From contig MHCJ01000001.1 in NCBI GenBank assembly GCA_001816585.1, forward strand, positions 21,538 through 85,537: a DNA stretch of 64,000 bases. The letters run 5' to 3'. The stretch is from Candidatus Chisholmbacteria bacterium RIFCSPHIGHO2_01_FULL_52_32 (GTDB lineage Bacteria > Patescibacteriota > Microgenomatia > UBA1400 > Chisholmbacteraceae). The notes under the pieces were generated by a model. The model worked only from the letters and a program-made list of their open reading frames with translations. It had not been told where the DNA came from and searched no databases. Shown in pieces: positions 55,436-64,000 of the stretch (the stretch's first letter is position 1; every line of letters starts with the position of its first letter). The position numbers and the translations under genes were made by a program.

Positions 55436-55774
55436 TCAATGTGGCCGAGCTGACAAAGCCAGTTCGAAAAAGACAAGAAAACTGAAGAGAAGAATAGCAT
55501 TCAGGAGATGTCCCAAACCCAAGACTCGAAGAGCCAGAAAAACAATCACACCAAAAGAAAGGAGGAATCCGCGACGAGTGTGAGCAAAAAGAAGAGAGGC
55601 GGTAAGAAAAAGAGCCAGCCACAAAGAAAGGAAAAAGGGCAAATAGGTTCCGTGAAAAAGCCAGTCGCGAACGAGCTCAGGGTCAACAAAAAAAATGAAA
55701 AAGCCCACGACACCCCAGAAAAGAAGGGCAAAAAAAAGAGCGGGCAGAAAGTTTCTCCTTCGTATGGTAGGCAT
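55436..55774 (-). CDS. small hypothetical membrane protein
   Basis: Three predicted TM helices. Start set at MPTIRRR; the longer ORF to 55909 is possible. Confidence 0.35.
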   Translation of the reverse strand: MPTIRRRNFLPALFFALLFWGVVGFFIFFVDPELVRDWLFHGTYLPFFLSLWLALFLTASLLFAHTRRGFLLSFGVIVFLALRVLGLGHLLNAILLFSFLVFFELALSARPH

Positions 55775-55956
55775 TAAAAGACATTCTAGCTGATCGGAAA
55801 CCGGAAAGCGAAGACGTGACATAAAAAAAGATCCGGAAGATAGACAGACGACAGAGAAAGTTTTACAATGGCCAGGCAACAGCCCAGTAAAATCGGGCAA
55901 GAAACACACCCGCTCGATAGTCGAAGTAAACCGAGGAAAAAAAGAAACAAGTTAAA

Positions 55957-56991
55957 ATGCCAAGAGAAATCTATCTTCTTGCAACCATAATGATTGTGGG
56001 GTTTGCGATTTCGGTATGGTATATCGTAGCCAAGCTTGAAAGCCTGAGAAAAGAGAAAGAGGATACCACCCTTCTCGAGTGGGCCAAAGCAACTCAAAAG
56101 GACATCAAAGACCTCCAAAATGTTCTCGCAGAGAGCCTTCAGCGCTCGAACCAAAACATTACCGAGACGCTCTTAAAGAGCTCCCACTCCCTGAATCAAC
56201 GGCTGGATAAAGCAGCGGAGGTGATCGGCGAACTGAAAAAAGAAGCAGGCCAATTTTCCACGATCTCTCAGTCAATGCGCGACCTCCAGGCTTTTCTTCA
56301 AAGTCCAAAACTCCGCGGCAACATCGGCGAGCAAGTACTCAATGACTTAATTAGCCAAATCTTCCCAAAGAAATCATTCCATCTTCAATACACCTTCAAA
56401 TCAGGAAATACGGTAGACGCCGCCATCCGAACGGATGCCGGCATCATTCCCATTGACTCGAAATTCCCTCTGGAGAACTTTCAAAGAATGGTGGTCGGAG
56501 AAACAAAAGAAGATCGCCAAACCGCCAAGAGAGAGTTTCACAAGGACATCCGCCGCCATATCGATGACATTGCAAGAAAATACATCCTGCCTGAAGAAGG
56601 GACGATGGATTTTGCCTTGATGTACCTTCCGAGCGAACCGGTGTACTACGAGATTGTGAACGAAACGGCCACCACGGACTATGCCCGTCAAAAACGCGTC
56701 TACCCGGTTTCTCCCACCACCCTCTATGCCCATCTGCAAATGATTCTTCTTTCATTTGAAGGAAAAAAAATCGAGTCCAGAGCCAAAGAAATCTTTGTAC
56801 TCCTTCGAGCTATTCAGAAAGATTATGAAAAAGTCGACAGCCATCTCGGAACACTCGGCAACCATATCACCAATACCTACAACAAATTCTCGGAGGTGAC
56901 AAGCGCCTTCACGCGCATGGGACATAAATTGACTTCCACACGGACCTTGGAGAAGAAAAGAGAATCTCAGCCGCCGCTCCTTCAGGAATAG
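55957..56991 (+). CDS. rmuC: DNA recombination protein RmuC
   Basis: N-terminal TM and coiled coil. RmuC core LQSPKLRGNIGEQVL...IPIDSKFPLENF. Confidence 0.8.
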   Translation: MPREIYLLATIMIVGFAISVWYIVAKLESLRKEKEDTTLLEWAKATQKDIKDLQNVLAESLQRSNQNITETLLKSSHSLNQRLDKAAEVIGELKKEAGQFSTISQSMRDLQAFLQSPKLRGNIGEQVLNDLISQIFPKKSFHLQYTFKSGNTVDAAIRTDAGIIPIDSKFPLENFQRMVVGETKEDRQTAKREFHKDIRRHIDDIARKYILPEEGTMDFALMYLPSEPVYYEIVNETATTDYARQKRVYPVSPTTLYAHLQMILLSFEGKKIESRAKEIFVLLRAIQKDYEKVDSHLGTLGNHITNTYNKFSEVTSAFTRMGHKLTSTRTLEKKRESQPPLLQE

Positions 56992-57014
56992 ACAAAAAAG
57001 ACGACCCCCAACGC

Positions 57015-59912
57015 ATGGCAGAAAACATCAGTTTGAATAGACAGCAGAAAATTGCGATCAATCACAACCAGGGACCACTCCTGATTATTGCCGGGGCCGG
57101 TACGGGCAAAACAACGGTAATTACTGAAAGAATAAAAAGACTCATCACCAAGGGGCGTGCAAAACCGGCCGAAATTCTCGCCTTGACCTTTACCGAAAAA
57201 GCCGCCCGTGAAATGGAAGAGCGAATTGATATCGCCATGCCCTACGGGTATGTTCAGATGTGGGTCGCAACCTTCCACGCTTTTTGTGATAGGCTCTTAA
57301 GAGCTGAGGCAATCAATATTGGACTGGACTCCTCCTTCCGCCTATTAACCGAAGCGGAATCGCTGCTTTTTCTTCGTCGTCGTTTGTTCGATTTCGCCCT
57401 GGACTACTTTCGTCCCCACGGAAATCCGACGAAATTTCTTCAGGGGATACTGGAACACTTTAATAGATTGAAGGATGAAGATGTGAGCAGCCAGCAGTAC
57501 AAAACCTATGCAGAAAGCTTAGCAAAAAAAGATACTGAAGAGCGAAAGAAAACCCTTGAACTTGCCTTAGCCTACGAAACATATGAACGACTCAAAGTGA
57601 AGGAAGGGATCATGGATTTTGCGGATCTTATCTCAAATACTCTCAAACTCTTGCGCACGAGAAGGAATATTCTTGCAATGTACCAGAAACAATTTAACTA
57701 TATTCTCGTTGACGAATTCCAGGATACCAACATTGCCCAAAACGAGATAGCGATGCTGCTCGCGGGAAAGCGAGCCAACCTCACCTGCGTCTGTGATGAC
57801 GATCAGGCTATCTACAGATGGAGAGGCGCCGCCGTTTCGAACATCATCCAATTCAAAAAACGTTTTCCGAATGCGAAAATCATCTCCCTTACCCGCAACT
57901 ATCGCTCGACCCAAGAGATCCTCGACCGCTCCTATGATCTCATTCAGCACAACAATCCTGATCGTTTGGAGGTTAAAGAGAGAATCAACAAGAAATTGAT
58001 AAGCTATAAAGGAAAACGGGGCGAGAAAATACGATTTCTGTTCACTAACCGGGTTGAAGACGAAGCAGAGTCAGTAGGCAAAGAAATACAACACTTAATA
58101 AAAAGGAAAGCATACGACTGGAAAGACATTGCCATCCTTGTTCGAGCCAACAATCATGCCGAGCCGTTTATCCGGACGTTAATCCGGAAAGGAATTCCGT
58201 TCCAATTTCTCGGTCCCGGACAACTCTTCCGCCAGGAAGAAGTCAAAGATCTCATCGCCTATTTGAAGCTTTTGGCAAACTATGAAGATTCGGTGGCGAT
58301 GTATCGTATGCTCACAATGAAGATATTCGATCTGAGTCCGAGGGACTTTGCAGCTCTGAGGGTGTATGCAAAGAAGACAAACACATCGCTCTTTGAGGCC
58401 TGTGAAATCATTGCAAAAAAATCTCCAGTCGTCGAAAAACGACCATCCGTTACGATATCTCAGGAAGGGAGGACGAAGATTGACAACCTGATGACAATGA
58501 TTCACCGGCACCTTCGCCTTCTTCCGAAAGAGACCGCCGGCCAAATTCTCTATTACTTTCTGGAAGATAGCGGACTCCTAAGGGAGATTTCTGACTATAA
58601 AACACCACAGGAAGAACAGCAGGCTCAGAACCTCGCGAAGTTCTTTGATAAATTAAAGACTTTTGAAGCCGAACACGATGACGCCTCGGTGGAAGCTGTT
58701 CTTGATTGGATAACGATGAAGATGGAACTTGGAGAGTCGCCATTGGCTGCGGACACGGATTGGACAGAGGAGAATCGCGTTAATATCCTCACCGTCCATT
58801 CCGCCAAAGGGCTGGAATTCCCGGTGATATTCCTCACTAATCTCGTTTCTGAACGGTTTCCGACCCGGGAACGGAAAGAGAGAATACCGATTCCCGAAAA
58901 ATTAATAAAAGAGATCCTTCCCGAAGGAGACGCCCATGAACAGGAAGAAAGGAGACTTTTTTATGTTGGAATGACACGCGCAAAAGAGAACTTGTACATG
59001 ACTGCCGCAAAGTTCTATGCCGAAGGAAAACGACAGAAGCACATCAGCCCTTTTGTGGTAGAAGCACTGGGTATTAAAGAAGAAATCCTCAAAACACAAG
59101 GACAGCTCCTCAGTGGTGATCAACCGCTCTTCATTGATTGGAAAAAAGAAGCATCTCCGAAAGAGAGAAAATCGCCAACACAGGTAGACAGCCTTTCATT
59201 CTCGCAGATTGAGACTTTTAAGACTTGTCCGCTCCAATACCGCTATCGGTACCTCCTTCGGATTCCCGTCCCGCAATCGCATGCCCAATCTTTTGGAACC
59301 AGCATCCACGATGCCTTGGCAGACTTTTATACGCTCCACAAAGGAGGAAGTAAGCCGACTAAAAAAGATCTGCTCAAAGCCCTGAAGAAACGCTGGCAAA
59401 GCCCAGGGTATGCCGGGAGCCTTCATGAGAAAAAAGCCTATGCCAAAGCAAAAAAAATGCTTTCCGACTATTTCGACACCGCCTATGACCCAAAGGAAAA
59501 AGTTCTTACGGTCGAAGAACCATTTAAGGTCCGTATTGAACCACAGCTTTGGCTAACCGGCCGCATTGATCGCCTAAACGCGGAGGGTCAAGGAAAAGTT
59601 GAGATCATCGATTACAAAACTGGAAAAGTCCCGAGTCAGAAAGAGGTTGAAACTTCACTCCAAATGACGATTTATGCGCTTGCCGCTACGCAAGGCGCAT
59701 ACGCAATTAGACCGCAAGGAATAGAGCTGTCCTTTTTCTATCTCGATGCGAAAAAGAAGATGACCACCCACCGCTCCCAAAGCGACATTGCCAAAGCCAG
59801 CCAAACAATCGGAAAAATCAAGGAGGCGATCGAATCGTCAGATTTCAATCCAACGCCCGGAAAGTGGTGCGATTTTTGCGACTTTCGATTGCTTTGCCCA
59901 GCATGGCGATAG
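57015..59912 (+). CDS. UvrD/PcrA-family ATP-dependent DNA helicase with C-terminal PD-(D/E)xK Cas4/AddB-like Fe-S nuclease domain
   Basis: Walker A AGAGTGKTT. UvrD motifs (DEFQDTN, TRNYRST, VGMTRAK). C-terminus RIDRL...IIDYKTGK plus the Cys cluster C..WCDFCDFRLLCP. Confidence 0.8.
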   Translation: MAENISLNRQQKIAINHNQGPLLIIAGAGTGKTTVITERIKRLITKGRAKPAEILALTFTEKAAREMEERIDIAMPYGYVQMWVATFHAFCDRLLRAEAINIGLDSSFRLLTEAESLLFLRRRLFDFALDYFRPHGNPTKFLQGILEHFNRLKDEDVSSQQYKTYAESLAKKDTEERKKTLELALAYETYERLKVKEGIMDFADLISNTLKLLRTRRNILAMYQKQFNYILVDEFQDTNIAQNEIAMLLAGKRANLTCVCDDDQAIYRWRGAAVSNIIQFKKRFPNAKIISLTRNYRSTQEILDRSYDLIQHNNPDRLEVKERINKKLISYKGKRGEKIRFLFTNRVEDEAESVGKEIQHLIKRKAYDWKDIAILVRANNHAEPFIRTLIRKGIPFQFLGPGQLFRQEEVKDLIAYLKLLANYEDSVAMYRMLTMKIFDLSPRDFAALRVYAKKTNTSLFEACEIIAKKSPVVEKRPSVTISQEGRTKIDNLMTMIHRHLRLLPKETAGQILYYFLEDSGLLREISDYKTPQEEQQAQNLAKFFDKLKTFEAEHDDASVEAVLDWITMKMELGESPLAADTDWTEENRVNILTVHSAKGLEFPVIFLTNLVSERFPTRERKERIPIPEKLIKEILPEGDAHEQEERRLFYVGMTRAKENLYMTAAKFYAEGKRQKHISPFVVEALGIKEEILKTQGQLLSGDQPLFIDWKKEASPKERKSPTQVDSLSFSQIETFKTCPLQYRYRYLLRIPVPQSHAQSFGTSIHDALADFYTLHKGGSKPTKKDLLKALKKRWQSPGYAGSLHEKKAYAKAKKMLSDYFDTAYDPKEKVLTVEEPFKVRIEPQLWLTGRIDRLNAEGQGKVEIIDYKTGKVPSQKEVETSLQMTIYALAATQGAYAIRPQGIELSFFYLDAKKKMTTHRSQSDIAKASQTIGKIKEAIESSDFNPTPGKWCDFCDFRLLCPAWR

Positions 59913-61444
59913 AACCAGCGCAATTCAAACAGAATCTGATTAATGTGGTCATATTCATTTGTGGAGCCGCAACCCTTATTGTTGAAGTGACCGCCATAAG
60001 ACTCCTCTCCCCCTATTTCGGAGCGACGCTCTTCAACCTCTCAAGCATAATATCGGTCATCATGATCGCCCTGGCAATCGGATATTGGCTGGGTGGGAAG
60101 TTCGCGGATCAAAAACCCTCACCCACTCTTCTGTATGGTATTGTCCTTGTCTCCGGAACTGAAGTTCTTCTGCTGAACATGTTAAGCATCTTTCTCCTTC
60201 CGATTTTGGGGGGAAAGCTGGATCTTATGGCAGGACCTCTCCTCGCCTCCCTGATGTTATTTTTTCTGCCAACGCTCTTTCTCGGGATGGTTTCGCCGAT
60301 TGCAATAAGGATCCAGACCAAGGGAATAAACACAGTTGGAGAAACAGCCGGAAGGGTTTTCTTCTTCGGCACTGCAGGGAGTGTTGTGGGGAGCCTAGGG
60401 GCTGGATTCATCTTCATCCCTCATTTTCCCGTCTCAAAGATCATCGCTGGAACCGGAATAGTGCTTGTTGCAGTCGGACTCGCAGGCATCTCAAGAAGCC
60501 TGAAGACAAAAGCGCTGCGAAAGATTGGAGTGCTGATGCTAATACTGGGAGTGCTATCGGGAACAGTGAAACCGGTAAGGACTGAGCCGGACACGCTTGT
60601 GGAAGAAGATTCGATGTATCAGCACATTAAGATTATCAAAACGCAATTTCAGGGAGGAGAAGGGCTCCTGTTGATGCTCGACAAGACCTTTGCCGGCGCA
60701 CGCTACCTTGATTCAGACGAATTGCCGTTTCCCTACACGCGTTACCACGAGCTCTACGTCCTCGCAAATAAACAAGCCAAACGGTTTCTTTATCTCGGTG
60801 GAGGCACGTACGTGATACCGAAAAAGCTGCTTGCCGAACGAAAAGACGAACTAGAAGTGGTGGCGGTCGAAATCGACCCCCGACTGCCCGAACTTGCAAG
60901 ACTGTATTTCAGTCTCACTGACGACCCCCGATTAAAACTCGTAACGGCTGACGCCAGAAAGTTCCTTTCGGGAAATCTGGGATGTTATGACATGATCTTT
61001 GTTGACGTGTTCAGTATGGATTTTGCGCTGCCCCCGCATTTGGCAACAGCAGAATTTTTCAAGATAATTGAGAAACACCTTTGTCAAAGGGGCACAATCG
61101 TGATGAATATTGCGACCTCGATTGAAAATAAAGTTCCGTCATTCGGACTCTCGATTGTAAAGACCTTCCGTCATGTGTTCCCCAATGGGGAAGTCATTGC
61201 CACAAGGCCAACTGAGCTTTCCGGTTTACAGAACATGCTGCTCTGGGGTGTGAAAGATAAAACCTGGAAATTCGATGCAGCCAACCCAGAGATTCGAAAC
61301 TCCAAAACGACAGAGATCAGAGATATTGCATGGCATCGAGTTGATCTCTCCCGATTTGATCTCGCACCCCACAAAATATTTACGGACGATTACGCTCCGG
61401 TGGAATTCTTCGCCGCGAAGATGACAAAACAATTAAGAAAATAG
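59903..61444 (+). CDS. fused membrane domain/spermidine-synthase-like (polyamine aminopropyltransferase fold) protein
   Basis: About 7 TM helices followed by LYLGGGTY...VVAVEIDP...MIFVDVF (class I MTase/spermidine synthase-like). ATG 59903 overlaps the helicase stop by 10 nt. Confidence 0.65.
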   Translation: MAIEPAQFKQNLINVVIFICGAATLIVEVTAIRLLSPYFGATLFNLSSIISVIMIALAIGYWLGGKFADQKPSPTLLYGIVLVSGTEVLLLNMLSIFLLPILGGKLDLMAGPLLASLMLFFLPTLFLGMVSPIAIRIQTKGINTVGETAGRVFFFGTAGSVVGSLGAGFIFIPHFPVSKIIAGTGIVLVAVGLAGISRSLKTKALRKIGVLMLILGVLSGTVKPVRTEPDTLVEEDSMYQHIKIIKTQFQGGEGLLLMLDKTFAGARYLDSDELPFPYTRYHELYVLANKQAKRFLYLGGGTYVIPKKLLAERKDELEVVAVEIDPRLPELARLYFSLTDDPRLKLVTADARKFLSGNLGCYDMIFVDVFSMDFALPPHLATAEFFKIIEKHLCQRGTIVMNIATSIENKVPSFGLSIVKTFRHVFPNGEVIATRPTELSGLQNMLLWGVKDKTWKFDAANPEIRNSKTTEIRDIAWHRVDLSRFDLAPHKIFTDDYAPVEFFAAKMTKQLRK

Positions 61445-62335
61445 AGGGAGAGAAAAACGGGTGAAGGAGCCGGGGTAGACAATCTCCTTTCCCCCGAACT
61501 TCTGCTTAAACTGCGAAAAACCCTTCCATCGTCGAAGACCAGGGAAGCGTTGGTCATAGACACCCTCGAGGTCAAAAGCCGTACACCCGCGCCGTTTTGC
61601 CTCAAGGATTGCTTCCCAAACAACCAAATAGCCAGCCAAACGTGGTCGCCCCAAAGGCGAGACACAAGCAAAGTAATACGAAGCGGATTTGTTATGGACA
61701 AGAATGAGGGATGCCGCGAGAAGCTGGCCTTTCCCGGTATAGGTACAAACAAAGAACGAGTCGCTCCCAAAAGCCGCGAGAAGCTTCTGAAAGTTTGATA
61801 CAGAAAAGACAAAACCTCTCCCGTAGGTTTTCCAAAATGAGTAAAATTGCGCACGCTGAGCCTCGTCTTGGGGATCAAGAACACGGAAACGGCAGGAATG
61901 AAGGGTCTTCCGAATACTCGTCCGCGCATCCTTCTTGAAGGTGCGAAACAAATCCTTCGGAGATTGTCGAAGATCAATTTGTAATGTCCGCGTGGGGAGC
62001 ATTGGAATCGAAGCCTGGCGATAGCCATGCTGCTGAAAAATTGCCGCAACTTCAGAAACAGAAAGACCGCGGATGATCCGAGGCTCAATAGCAATAAAGA
62101 CGGCCCGGTGCGCTCGACATAGTCGATCAACGGCCCGAAAATCCGGCAGAGAGGACCGCTGAATTTTCATGACTGAAAAGGGAAGGAGGGGCAACTTCTT
62201 GATGTAGACAAAGGTGGAGGGTCGCCGATGGGAATGGGGTTGACGCGGGAAAGAAAAAGGCGGGACCTTCCCGACGATCCACCCACAGGAAGCCATGTAC
62301 GACGCGTACGCGGGAGTTTGCCGAAGATCAGTCAT
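61433..62335 (-). CDS. FemAB-family peptidoglycan bridge aminoacyltransferase (GNAT fold), copy 2
   Basis: Start set at MTDLRQTPAYASYMASCGWIV. FemAB-like C-terminus GYLVVWEAILEAKRRGCTAFDLEGV. The ORF-track extension overlaps the upstream paralogue. Confidence 0.6.
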   Translation of the reverse strand: MTDLRQTPAYASYMASCGWIVGKVPPFSFPRQPHSHRRPSTFVYIKKLPLLPFSVMKIQRSSLPDFRAVDRLCRAHRAVFIAIEPRIIRGLSVSEVAAIFQQHGYRQASIPMLPTRTLQIDLRQSPKDLFRTFKKDARTSIRKTLHSCRFRVLDPQDEAQRAQFYSFWKTYGRGFVFSVSNFQKLLAAFGSDSFFVCTYTGKGQLLAASLILVHNKSASYYFACVSPLGRPRLAGYLVVWEAILEAKRRGCTAFDLEGVYDQRFPGLRRWKGFSQFKQKFGGKEIVYPGSFTRFSLPLFS

Positions 62336-63347
62336 GAAACCTTGCTGCAAACCGCAACCACTTCCAGCGAAGGTCGTCAGCGAAACGAAACAGGGAGTAG
62401 ACTTGCGGATTGACAACCAAATCAAAAGAACCCACGAACTCAACCAACTCCCCTCCATATCCCTCTTTGAAGCGGTGGAACCCGTACCAAGGGTCCTTCG
62501 GGTCAGGATTGGGGCCCAGCGCCCCCCACAGATCAAAGGTCCGGCACCCCTGAAGCTTCCCGAAGCGCATCGCCTCCCACATCATGAGGTTTGAGGCCAT
62601 CAGGTCGCGGTGTTCGCTCGATGAAGCACCATAAGGGTAGTAGATGACATCCTTAAAAGTAAAAACAATCCAGGCAACAAGAATCTGGTCTTTCCAAGTC
62701 GCGGTCAGAAGATGGGCAATACCCGCAGGACGGAGAATCCCCCACATCTGTCGATGATACACTTCATCATGGGTATAGAATCGTTGGCGTTTTGCCGTTT
62801 CAAACGTCAACCGAAGGTATTCTTCAAACGCCGCATCGCTGTTATCCTCAACCACCGTTACCCCGTACCGTTGGGCGACGCGGATGTTGTAGCGTGTTTT
62901 CGGCTTCATCGCCGCCAAAAGCTCCTCCTCGCTCTTAGTTAGATTAACCCTGAATGTATGAGGGGTAAAAATTGGTTTTCCCTTGCGCAGGTCGAAAGTT
63001 CGGGAAAGCTCGGCCAGCGAAGATTCCCCCTCCCCCTTCGGGATGTTGGGTTCTAACTTCACAAAAACCGCATTCTTCCTCTTGCCCAACTCAAGCAGTG
63101 CCTCAAGCATCCGTTTATCAGGGAGGGATCCCTTCGGAAAGTAGCCGATCTGAAAAGAAGTACTGGGAATCGAGTGAAACGTCAGCTGAAAAGCAGACGT
63201 AAGTCGTTGTGTTTGATAGAAGCCCAATCGAACCACCGTGGCCGCAGTACGCTCTTTAAATTCTCCCCACTCCCAACTCTGTACTGGATGGGAGACTAAA
63301 GAATGATACGTGTCTTTTTCATCAATTCTTACTTCCCGCACAACCAT
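62328..63347 (-). CDS. FemAB-family peptidoglycan bridge aminoacyltransferase, copy 1
   Basis: QSWEWGEFK N-terminal motif; SNLMMWEAMRFGKLQGCRTFDLWGA C-terminal motif. Start set at MVVREVRIDEK. Confidence 0.65.
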   Translation of the reverse strand: MVVREVRIDEKDTYHSLVSHPVQSWEWGEFKERTAATVVRLGFYQTQRLTSAFQLTFHSIPSTSFQIGYFPKGSLPDKRMLEALLELGKRKNAVFVKLEPNIPKGEGESSLAELSRTFDLRKGKPIFTPHTFRVNLTKSEEELLAAMKPKTRYNIRVAQRYGVTVVEDNSDAAFEEYLRLTFETAKRQRFYTHDEVYHRQMWGILRPAGIAHLLTATWKDQILVAWIVFTFKDVIYYPYGASSSEHRDLMASNLMMWEAMRFGKLQGCRTFDLWGALGPNPDPKDPWYGFHRFKEGYGGELVEFVGSFDLVVNPQVYSLFRFADDLRWKWLRFAARFHD

Positions 63348-63390
63348 AACGATGTTTGATTTTACCTGCTTATAGATGTTGCTTAAATTT

Positions 63391-64000
63391 TTACAGTTTT
63401 TCAAAGAAAAACTTGTAATAAGGCATGAAGAAAATTGTGGTGGTATTAATTTGTTGTCTCATCGCTTTTCCTAAATGGACAATATACCCTCTTTGAGGTT
63501 TGTATTTATCAATAAAGCTTCGAAAGGAGCGAGTTAATTCTGGCTTTGCTAAATCTTTATACTTAACTTCAATCGGGATAACTTTCTTACCACTGTTAAC
63601 AACAAAATCAACTTCAGCTTTGTCTTTAGTCCTCCAAAAGAGGATTCGAGAAGCAGTGTCTGTAGTTTTTTGTTTAATGATGTTAAAAACAAAATTCTCA
63701 AAAGCTGGGCCCGCATCATGAGGGCGTGTTACTGTACCAAAAATGCCCAAAGAGTAGTTTCTCATTCCCAAGTCGTAGAAATAAAACACTGGCGACTTAG
63801 TAATTTCCTTTCGGATATTTGTAAAAAAGGGTGTCACTTTTTCCACAATAAAAGTATTCTGTAAATACCAAAGATATTTTTTAACCGTAGCCACAGATAT
63901 GCCCAAAGTTGATGAAATTTCAGCAGTATTCACTAAATTGCCTATCTGTGAGGCAACGATCCGAACTAAAGAAGTAAAATCTTCAGATTTTTGTACCCCT
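63391..64000 (-). CDS. AAA+ ATPase C-terminal region with DUF4143 domain (COG1373-type), 5' end beyond window
   Basis: FYFYDLGMRNYSLG...ENFVFNIIKQ...EVDFVV...VIPIEVKY matches DUF4143. Frame stays open to nt 64000. The coding region is markedly AT-rich compared with the rest of the window. Confidence 0.65.
   Translation of the reverse strand, partial: GVQKSEDFTSLVRIVASQIGNLVNTAEISSTLGISVATVKKYLWYLQNTFIVEKVTPFFTNIRKEITKSPVFYFYDLGMRNYSLGIFGTVTRPHDAGPAFENFVFNIIKQKTTDTASRILFWRTKDKAEVDFVVNSGKKVIPIEVKYKDLAKPELTRSFRSFIDKYKPQRGYIVHLGKAMRQQINTTTIFFMPYYKFFFEKL

Noticed and set aside
61390-62130. 246-aa alternative-frame minus ORF overlapping FemAB copy 2
   Set aside because: It is out of frame with the FemAB-homologous reading frame and has low complexity.

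Overview
The window is a 64-kb chromosomal segment spanning a replication-origin neighbourhood. dnaN and dnaA lie on the minus strand; rpmH, rnpA, yidD, yidC and jag run rightward on the plus strand from 19043. Both dnaA-flanking intergenic regions carry clusters of TGTGGAAAA-type DnaA-box variants. Right of the origin are mostly housekeeping genes: RNase HI, rplY, valS, groES/groEL, pyrH, pgk, gap, tRNA-Cys, metG, rmuC, a UvrD-family helicase fused to a Cas4-like nuclease, and two tandem FemAB-family genes. Interspersed are cell-envelope genes: an O-antigen-ligase family protein, a DUF4012 fusion, a VanW protein, two M23 peptidases, and a five-gene minus-strand glycan cluster (UbiA/DPPR-like, GT4 MraY/WecA-like, GT39/ArnT-like, processive GT2). 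Left of the origin (about nt 1-15930) is an accessory-looking block that I interpret as a Gram-positive-type (VirB4/PrgJ-TcpF-like) type IV secretion module with no relaxase or coupling ATPase visible in the window. It contains a polytopic VirB6-like membrane protein, a 947-aa glycine-zipper membrane protein ending in an M23/LytM peptidase, a bitopic protein, a 2-TM VirB3/PrgI-like protein fused to a carboxypeptidase-regulatory-like beta-sandwich, and a VirB4 ATPase apparently split into a 316-aa N-domain ORF and a 650-aa ATPase ORF joined by a TAATG overlap. The block also holds an oppositely oriented 1210-aa highly charged protein of unknown function, an excisionase-like HTH gene, and two 'four-helix-bundle' (23S-rRNA-IVS-type) genes. 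A conserved ~30-nt heptamer-repeat motif (AACTTTTCACTTTTAACTTTAAACTGT) precedes five plus-strand start codons; an inverted copy plus one direct copy bracket the first four-helix-bundle gene. Other points: a perfect 13-bp inverted repeat at 6429-6455, tandem ATGAATN heptamers at 7312-7350, and a caspase-like His/Cys protein (34397..35215) divergent from a nucleotidyltransferase-cytidylyltransferase fusion (35328..36803). The last ~650 nt drop sharply in GC and encode part of a DUF4143 AAA+ ATPase, suggesting recent acquisition. Gene content and reduced protein sizes suggest a reduced-genome, monoderm-like lineage, possibly Patescibacteria/CPR; this is inference only. All calls come from reading motifs in the supplied translations and sequence; no database searches were run.
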